Both the position numbers and the translations under genes were made by a program. Of a stretch of 60,012 bases of DNA, positions 54,718 to 60,012 are shown one piece after another. Under the pieces are notes generated by a model that was not told the DNA's origin, searched no databases, and saw only the letters and a list, made by a program, of their open reading frames with translations. The stretch's first letter is position 1; each line of letters starts with the position of its first letter. The DNA comes from a virus (Duplodnaviria > Caudoviricetes), in IMG/VR virus record IMGVR_UViG_3300021956_000015, positions 1 through 60,012 of that record, one strand, 5' to 3'.

Positions 54718-56406
54718 TCACCCCTTTCTGGTAGGACCCAAAACGACATACCCACGCCCGTCATCCCCTTGCCGCTTCTTCTTCTCGGCCAGCCACTTCA
54801 CGTACCACGGCTCCGGGCCGGGGTTCGTAGGGGGAGCGTGATACTGCGGCTCATACGCACAGAGGTATTCCAGGCACTGAACAGCGTGGACCTCGCCACG
54901 CGTGTTGGGCATATCCGTGATGAACGGACCGCTGTTGCTCTGGACCACTTTTTTCTTGTATCGCTTGATCTCTCGGAAAAGCTCCGGAGTGCCGCCCTCC
55001 AGGAACTTCAGCCGCGTGCTGCCGTCCCCCTGGATGTGCAGCATCTGCCGCACCAGGTTTGTGCGGGCGATGATGTCGTCTGACCCGGGGACGAACTGGT
55101 GCCCGCTCATCTGGGCACGGATGTTCCGGATTCGCAGCTGCTCGGAGTACAGGTCGCATGGCAACCGGCCGGACCCCAGGTCGCGCAGGGTGCCGCCGTG
55201 CATGTCCATGATGAAGGCGTAGAAGTGCTGGTCTTGCACCTTCCTGGCAAACTCATCGCCCCAGATCAGGGCATTGGCATTGCGGATGTACAGCTCGTCA
55301 TAGATCAGCAAGAACTTCTCGTCCGGCGGCACCGCACCGAAGACGCACGCCATGACCGTGTGGCCAGGGTCGATGGCCACGTACCTGGTCCAGGTCGGAG
55401 GAATGCCGTTGGGCAGCTCCTCTCGCCGCAGCACGTGCACGGCCGGATTGAATGACGGGTACATGAGGATGGAGTCCTGAGTGAACTCACCCTCCGCACG
55501 CATGCGAAGCTCATCGACGCCCAGGGCCGACCACCGGCTGATGTTCTTCTCCTTCTCAGCCTGGTCGATATGCGCGTTGTCCAGAAACCGGAAGACGAAC
55601 TTCTTGATGATGGGGTTCTCGGTGCCAAGCTCGGCCTCGCGGTCCGCACGCTCACACAACCCCAGCAAGGCGTCGTTCTTGGAGTGCGGCATCGCGCTCC
55701 ACATCAGGCGCCCCTTGCGGTCTGCGAGGCGGGCCTGCATTTCACCTACCCAGGCGGGGTTGGAAATATCCTCGTCCAGGTGCACAAGATCGGCCTGAAA
55801 GCCCTGGGGCGGCTCGCCTTCCGACGAGAAGAAGTTAATGACCCAGCCGTTGGTCAACGTGACCTTCTGGCAGTAGCCGGCGTTCTTCAGCACCCATGAG
55901 GTGTCAACGACATAGCGCGGCGGGATCAATGGCGGGGCGGGCTTGGCCTCAGCGATTCGCTCGGCGTCCTCCTTGGGCCTGAACGCACGCCACTCATTGG
56001 TCTGCAAGTCACGGATGATCTTGAAGGCTCCAGCCTTGAAAAGCATCGGATAGCACACCAGGCCGATGTGCGGCCAGTTGCGGCCGACGATGACCATAAT
56101 GCCGTCACGCTCAGGATACTTGCCGTACGGGTCTTGCCCGGTAGCGGCTCTGGCGTCCTCCACAAACGTGGACAGGCTCTTTCCGCTGCGGTTGCCGCCA
56201 AGCACCACACGCTCAGAGCATTGCTCGGCGTGCATGGCGTCCTGGTGAGGCATCGGCTCATACAACCGCAACGCCTCAATGCGCCGGCTTTTCAGCTCGG
56301 CCTGAACTTCCTTGAGAACTCCCAGCGAGTGCTGGGTGAGCGCGGCCTTGAGGTCCACCCCTTCAGGCTTGGGCGGATCAGGAATCTGGCGCGGGTGCTT
56401 CTTCAC
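54718..56406 (-). CDS. terL: Terminase large subunit
   Basis: Walker A GGNRSGKS, Walker B LVHLDE, RNase H-like YVAIDPG and IYDE. Confidence 0.92.
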   Translation of the reverse strand: MKKHPRQIPDPPKPEGVDLKAALTQHSLGVLKEVQAELKSRRIEALRLYEPMPHQDAMHAEQCSERVVLGGNRSGKSLSTFVEDARAATGQDPYGKYPERDGIMVIVGRNWPHIGLVCYPMLFKAGAFKIIRDLQTNEWRAFRPKEDAERIAEAKPAPPLIPPRYVVDTSWVLKNAGYCQKVTLTNGWVINFFSSEGEPPQGFQADLVHLDEDISNPAWVGEMQARLADRKGRLMWSAMPHSKNDALLGLCERADREAELGTENPIIKKFVFRFLDNAHIDQAEKEKNISRWSALGVDELRMRAEGEFTQDSILMYPSFNPAVHVLRREELPNGIPPTWTRYVAIDPGHTVMACVFGAVPPDEKFLLIYDELYIRNANALIWGDEFARKVQDQHFYAFIMDMHGGTLRDLGSGRLPCDLYSEQLRIRNIRAQMSGHQFVPGSDDIIARTNLVRQMLHIQGDGSTRLKFLEGGTPELFREIKRYKKKVVQSNSGPFITDMPNTRGEVHAVQCLEYLCAYEPQYHAPPTNPGPEPWYVKWLAEKKKRQGDDGRGYVVLGPTRKG

Positions 56407-56920
56407 GTACCTCCGGGAGTGCCTGGACCGTAATGGTCTTCAGCGTGGCTGCAGTTTCGATGAGTCGCTCGCGAAGCTCGTCCTCCAGCTCGTCCTCGCT
56501 CCAGAGCGTAAGCGGCTTCTTGGCCCCGCCCATCGCCGTGTTATTGGTGACCAGGCGGACGATGGTTTCCAGCTGTTTGGTGCGGAACGCGCCCCCGGGA
56601 GGGCTGTCGTAGAACTGCTTCATAAACAGGTTGGCGAACCCGCGGGTGCCGCCCATGTAATCCAGCAGCGTCTCCAGAAGCTCGGCGCTGTGCGGGATGT
56701 TCCCTCCGCCCAGCCTCGCCGCCTTGCAGAACACATCGACGGCGTCCCGTTCGATCTGGTCAAGCCTGTCGTCCTTCTTCTGCTTGCGTCGCTTCCGCTC
56801 ATAGGCCGTGCGGCAGGTCTTGCACCGTGGATGCCGCTTCCCGTCCGACGCCAGGTGGAAGGCGTCGTCAGGCAAATCCTTCTTGCACTTGACGCACGTT
56901 CTCACCGCTCTGCCATCCAC
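56378..56920 (-). CDS. Putative terminase small subunit with N-terminal Zn finger
   Basis: CVKC/CKTC; directly upstream of terL; WSEDELE. Confidence 0.55.
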   Translation of the reverse strand: MDGRAVRTCVKCKKDLPDDAFHLASDGKRHPRCKTCRTAYERKRRKQKKDDRLDQIERDAVDVFCKAARLGGGNIPHSAELLETLLDYMGGTRGFANLFMKQFYDSPPGGAFRTKQLETIVRLVTNNTAMGGAKKPLTLWSEDELEDELRERLIETAATLKTITVQALPEVREEAPAPDS

Positions 56921-58314
56921 ACGTGGCCATCGGTCTGGAATCCAACGAACAGCTCGTTGACTGCCCGGTTGACGCCCGGGAAGACGTCATAGTCATGGCC
57001 GGCGATCATGTGCTTCGCCAGCGGCTTCCACACCAGGACGTCCTGCCGGACGCTCTCATAGGAATGCTCGGCATCGATGTAGACGATGTCGAAGTCCTGC
57101 CCAGAGGCGAGGAAGTGCACGGACGCACTGACCGAATCGTCACGGTGCGGGATGATCTTGCCGTCACTGCGATACCGCTCAGTGTTCCGCAGGAACGTCT
57201 GGTACGCCGTCTCAGGGTCCACGCCCTGTGTCCCGCAGTCGTACTTGTTGCCCTTCCAGTGATCGATGCAGTGCACCGTGGCGCCAGCGTCGGCCATGGC
57301 AATGGCTGACCTGCCTGCCCATGATCCGATCTCTGCGATCACCGGATACCGGCCGTGGCGGGCGTGGAACTCACGGACCATCCGCTGGAGCGCTTCAACG
57401 TCACGCTCTGGAAGCTCCATGCCCAAGCCGTCGAACGTCCAGGACTTCTTGGCCTTCTCCAGCCACTCCGGGGCCTTGAGATCGCAGAGCTTTACGCCCA
57501 CCTCATGCCGCCCGGACCAGCAGTCCTTGAGCTTGGCGGACACTCCTGCAGCATCAATGACGATAGGCTTGCCGACGCACTTCGGCTTCCAGTGACCGGC
57601 CCACGCATCCCAGTTGCAGTACACCGGGTTGTAGCCCAGCTTCTGCGTGCCGACGAGCGACAGGTCGCGGGTCATGGTGACGTCCTCGGTAGACGCCTTC
57701 TCGGCAGCGAACTTGTCTTTCCATTCGTAGTAAAACCATGGCTTGTCGTCGGACGTCTTGGGCTCCGTCAGGTCGAAGGCCCGCATGTCATACATGATCA
57801 GACCCGTCGGCAGGGCAGCGCACTCCTGGATGCCGGCCATCTTGACCGCCGTATGACGGTCATACATCTCAAGCTGGAAGTCCGGGGCAGGGTGCTCGCT
57901 CTGCATGTTGTTCCAGCGGAACACGTAGACAGACTCTGCCGGCGGAGGGCCACAGTAGGGAGCCCCAACGACGCACGGCCCCTTGGCGTAGTGGCCGACG
58001 AAGAAGTCGAAGCTCGTTGGGAAGAACGGCTTGGCGTCAGGTGCTCCGGCGTGGACGTCCGGGTGCATGTCGGAGTCGATCATCACCAGGCAGTCGATGC
58101 CGAACTCGCGAGCCATGACGACGGCGCGGTTGCGAGTCATGGTGATCGGCGTGTCGGCCAGGTTCCAGACGCGGATGTTGTCCACCCGCGAGTCCTTGGC
58201 CAGTTCCGCGACGAGCGGGACCATCCACTCCCGGATGTTGGGCACCTCAGATGAGATGCCGCCGTTGCCGCCGTAGGAAAAGGTACAGAATCCGACGTTG
58301 AACTTCTGCTGCAT
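56902..58314 (-). CDS. GT-A glycosyltransferase fused to a class I SAM methyltransferase
   Basis: RN, MIDSD, TG, ED--M-R; then EIGSWAGRS, IDHW-G, IYIDAEHSY, GHDY. Confidence 0.85.
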   Translation of the reverse strand: MQQKFNVGFCTFSYGGNGGISSEVPNIREWMVPLVAELAKDSRVDNIRVWNLADTPITMTRNRAVVMAREFGIDCLVMIDSDMHPDVHAGAPDAKPFFPTSFDFFVGHYAKGPCVVGAPYCGPPPAESVYVFRWNNMQSEHPAPDFQLEMYDRHTAVKMAGIQECAALPTGLIMYDMRAFDLTEPKTSDDKPWFYYEWKDKFAAEKASTEDVTMTRDLSLVGTQKLGYNPVYCNWDAWAGHWKPKCVGKPIVIDAAGVSAKLKDCWSGRHEVGVKLCDLKAPEWLEKAKKSWTFDGLGMELPERDVEALQRMVREFHARHGRYPVIAEIGSWAGRSAIAMADAGATVHCIDHWKGNKYDCGTQGVDPETAYQTFLRNTERYRSDGKIIPHRDDSVSASVHFLASGQDFDIVYIDAEHSYESVRQDVLVWKPLAKHMIAGHDYDVFPGVNRAVNELFVGFQTDGHVWMAER

Positions 58315-58341
58315 GGCACACCTTGGGGGGGAAGGGGTGTT

Positions 58342-58370
58342 AGTGTACGTGCGTCTACGCACTTGGTCAA
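58342..58370 (-). promoter_or_regulatory. Sigma-70 promoter with palindromic spacer
   Basis: TTGACC-17 bp-TACACT; spacer holds GTGCGT-NN-ACGCAC. Confidence 0.7.
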
Positions 58371-58372
58371 AG

Positions 58373-59857
58373 TCACTGCCTGAAGTCGGCGACGGCGGCC
58401 CGCTGCTGAGGACTTAGCCCAGCGTCGTTGTAGGCGAGGGGGACAGCCCACCGCAGGAGCGACTGGTATTCGTCAAGCCACGGCCTCGCCGTCCTGCCCT
58501 GGGCAGCCGGAGAGAGCTTCCCCCATGACAGCGATTTCTTGCGCAGCTCCTTCAGGCGCGCCAGCTTGGCGTCCGTTTCTGCAGACCTCTGGGAGGTTGC
58601 GGTACGCTCGCGGTCCTGCGCCGCCCGCAGCCGCTCCGCCAGCTCTGCAGACCCCTGCGGCGTCTCGCCCCACATGGTCCTCCCAGTTCTTCCGCCGGCC
58701 ACCTGCCCTATTAACGCGCCGGATGAGTTGTAGGACTGCACGCTTCGTCCGGCCGAATCAAATACTTGGTAGTTCCCGTTTGCGTCACGGCGAACTGTGT
58801 CACCCATGAAAAGTGATTTATACATAGGCGTGTCCTCAGGGCGGACAACGCCAGGCTGCGGCGATGAAGGCCTTGCCGCTCGCGTATGCGTTGGCGCCGG
58901 CGTGGCGGCGGAGGCCTTCTGCTCGTCCGACCGCTCGTCCGGCACGCCAGGGTCTTGTGGGTAGTAGTCCTGGACGCCCGGAACCTGCGGAATCGTCGGC
59001 TCCTGGAACTGGGGCTGGCGGTACGGATTGGACGATGGGTGCATGACGCCGTAGCCACCCGCAGCCGGCAATCCTCCGGAGTACTCGTATGTCGTCGGAC
59101 CTCCTCGCCCGCTCATCCAATCGTCCGGAGTTGGATGCGTGACCTGGACAGTCTGCCCACGGCCTCCGTAAGACGGGTCTTCCCACGCCAGCCTCTGGCT
59201 TAGCCCTGCCGGCTGCGGAGCAAACGGGTTCTGCCAGCCATCCGAAACCATCTGGTTGGCTTGCCCCATGAGCGTGTTGAAGTCCATCTGCGGCTTCTGC
59301 CCCCATGACGGCGGCGGTGCGCCATCACCGAGATACGTGCCGGCTCCGGCAAACATAGGACCTCTCGCCTCGTTGACCCGCTGGATCATGGCGTCCCGCT
59401 GCGTGAATGCTTGCTGTGGGGCAGCAAACTGCTGGCCGTCGATTCCAGTCGCGGACTGCGTAAACGGCTGAGGCCGCGGGGCCGTGGCATCATTGGCCAT
59501 GTTCCCCATTGGATTGTTGTAAAACGTGTTGACTCGCGGCTGTGCGCCACCAGGAGGCTGTGCCTGGCTGTACGCCCAGTTGCCGGCCCCCCAGCGGTTG
59601 TCGTTCTGCTGAGCGTTCTGCTGCGGGCTGTAGGCCTGGAATGGCGTGCCCTGCGACTGCGGCTGGACTGGGCGGGCGCGGCCAGGAGCGTACGCCGACA
59701 TGTCCGTGGCCTGCGGCTGACCCCATCCCATGGTCGCCATGGTCTGCTGGTTCTGCTGCTGCCCGGCCGTCTGTTTCTGGGCCGGCGGCTTCGGCTGCCC
59801 CGGCATGCCGTAGGTGTTTTCGCCCAGCGACGTCCCGTACGCACCCTTAGCGAGCAT
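58373..59857 (-). CDS. Q/P/G-rich hypothetical protein, possibly virion-associated
   Basis: 494 aa low-complexity ORF, AGGAG RBS. Confidence 0.65.
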   Translation of the reverse strand: MLAKGAYGTSLGENTYGMPGQPKPPAQKQTAGQQQNQQTMATMGWGQPQATDMSAYAPGRARPVQPQSQGTPFQAYSPQQNAQQNDNRWGAGNWAYSQAQPPGGAQPRVNTFYNNPMGNMANDATAPRPQPFTQSATGIDGQQFAAPQQAFTQRDAMIQRVNEARGPMFAGAGTYLGDGAPPPSWGQKPQMDFNTLMGQANQMVSDGWQNPFAPQPAGLSQRLAWEDPSYGGRGQTVQVTHPTPDDWMSGRGGPTTYEYSGGLPAAGGYGVMHPSSNPYRQPQFQEPTIPQVPGVQDYYPQDPGVPDERSDEQKASAATPAPTHTRAARPSSPQPGVVRPEDTPMYKSLFMGDTVRRDANGNYQVFDSAGRSVQSYNSSGALIGQVAGGRTGRTMWGETPQGSAELAERLRAAQDRERTATSQRSAETDAKLARLKELRKKSLSWGKLSPAAQGRTARPWLDEYQSLLRWAVPLAYNDAGLSPQQRAAVADFRQ

Positions 59858-60002
59858 CGCCGTTCTCCTGCGTCATGGCGTCCATCCCGGTGCCGGTCCC
59901 CTGGATCATCCGCAGCCGCTCCATGTCCATGAACGGAGCATCACGGCGGGCCTCTTCAATGAGGCGCCGGATGAACTCCAGGTTGGCGATGGCGGCATCC
60001 AT
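59847..60002 (-). CDS. 51-aa hypothetical protein spanning the terminal repeat
   Basis: MDAAIANLEFIRRLIEEARR...; the repeat mismatch is a synonymous GGA/GGG in this frame. Confidence 0.65.
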   Translation of the reverse strand: MDAAIANLEFIRRLIEEARRDAPFMDMERLRMIQGTGTGMDAMTQENGDAR

Positions 60003-60012
60003 ACAAGCGAAA
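59873..60012. repeat. Terminal direct repeat, right copy
   Basis: Matches 1-140 with one mismatch. Confidence 0.97.

Noticed and set aside
1-60012. tRNA or rRNA genes
   Set aside because: No cloverleaf or T-loop signature noticed in intergenic gaps by eye; tRNAscan-SE would be needed to exclude them

Overview
The window is an apparently complete, circularly assembled, GC-rich tailed-phage genome of about 59,872 bp. Bases 1-140 repeat at 59873-60012 with one synonymous mismatch. The tail genes look podovirus-like (adaptor, nozzle, ejection proteins, no tape measure). Protein motifs point tentatively to a planctomycete host. Modules: late and structural genes on the minus strand (35554-60012 continuing into 1-9408); a very GC-rich leftward early island (about 9600-12400); a rightward early operon (12482-22233) ending in a serine recombinase; and leftward sigma-factor, protease/membrane and recombination/replication genes (21776-34542), followed by a divergent tyrosine recombinase. 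Most unusual: (i) an integron-like attI site plus a canonical attC site (28608-28971) with no IntI, whose genes run antisense and start inside the attC; (ii) stand-alone effector-like enzymes (kinase, glycosylase-like, polyvalent-protein domain, ADP-ribosyltransferase) in the head operon that share terminal peptide tags; (iii) two proteases plus membrane proteins where a lysis cassette is expected, with no recognisable endolysin; (iv) several structured non-coding elements. All family assignments come from motif recognition by eye, not database searches.
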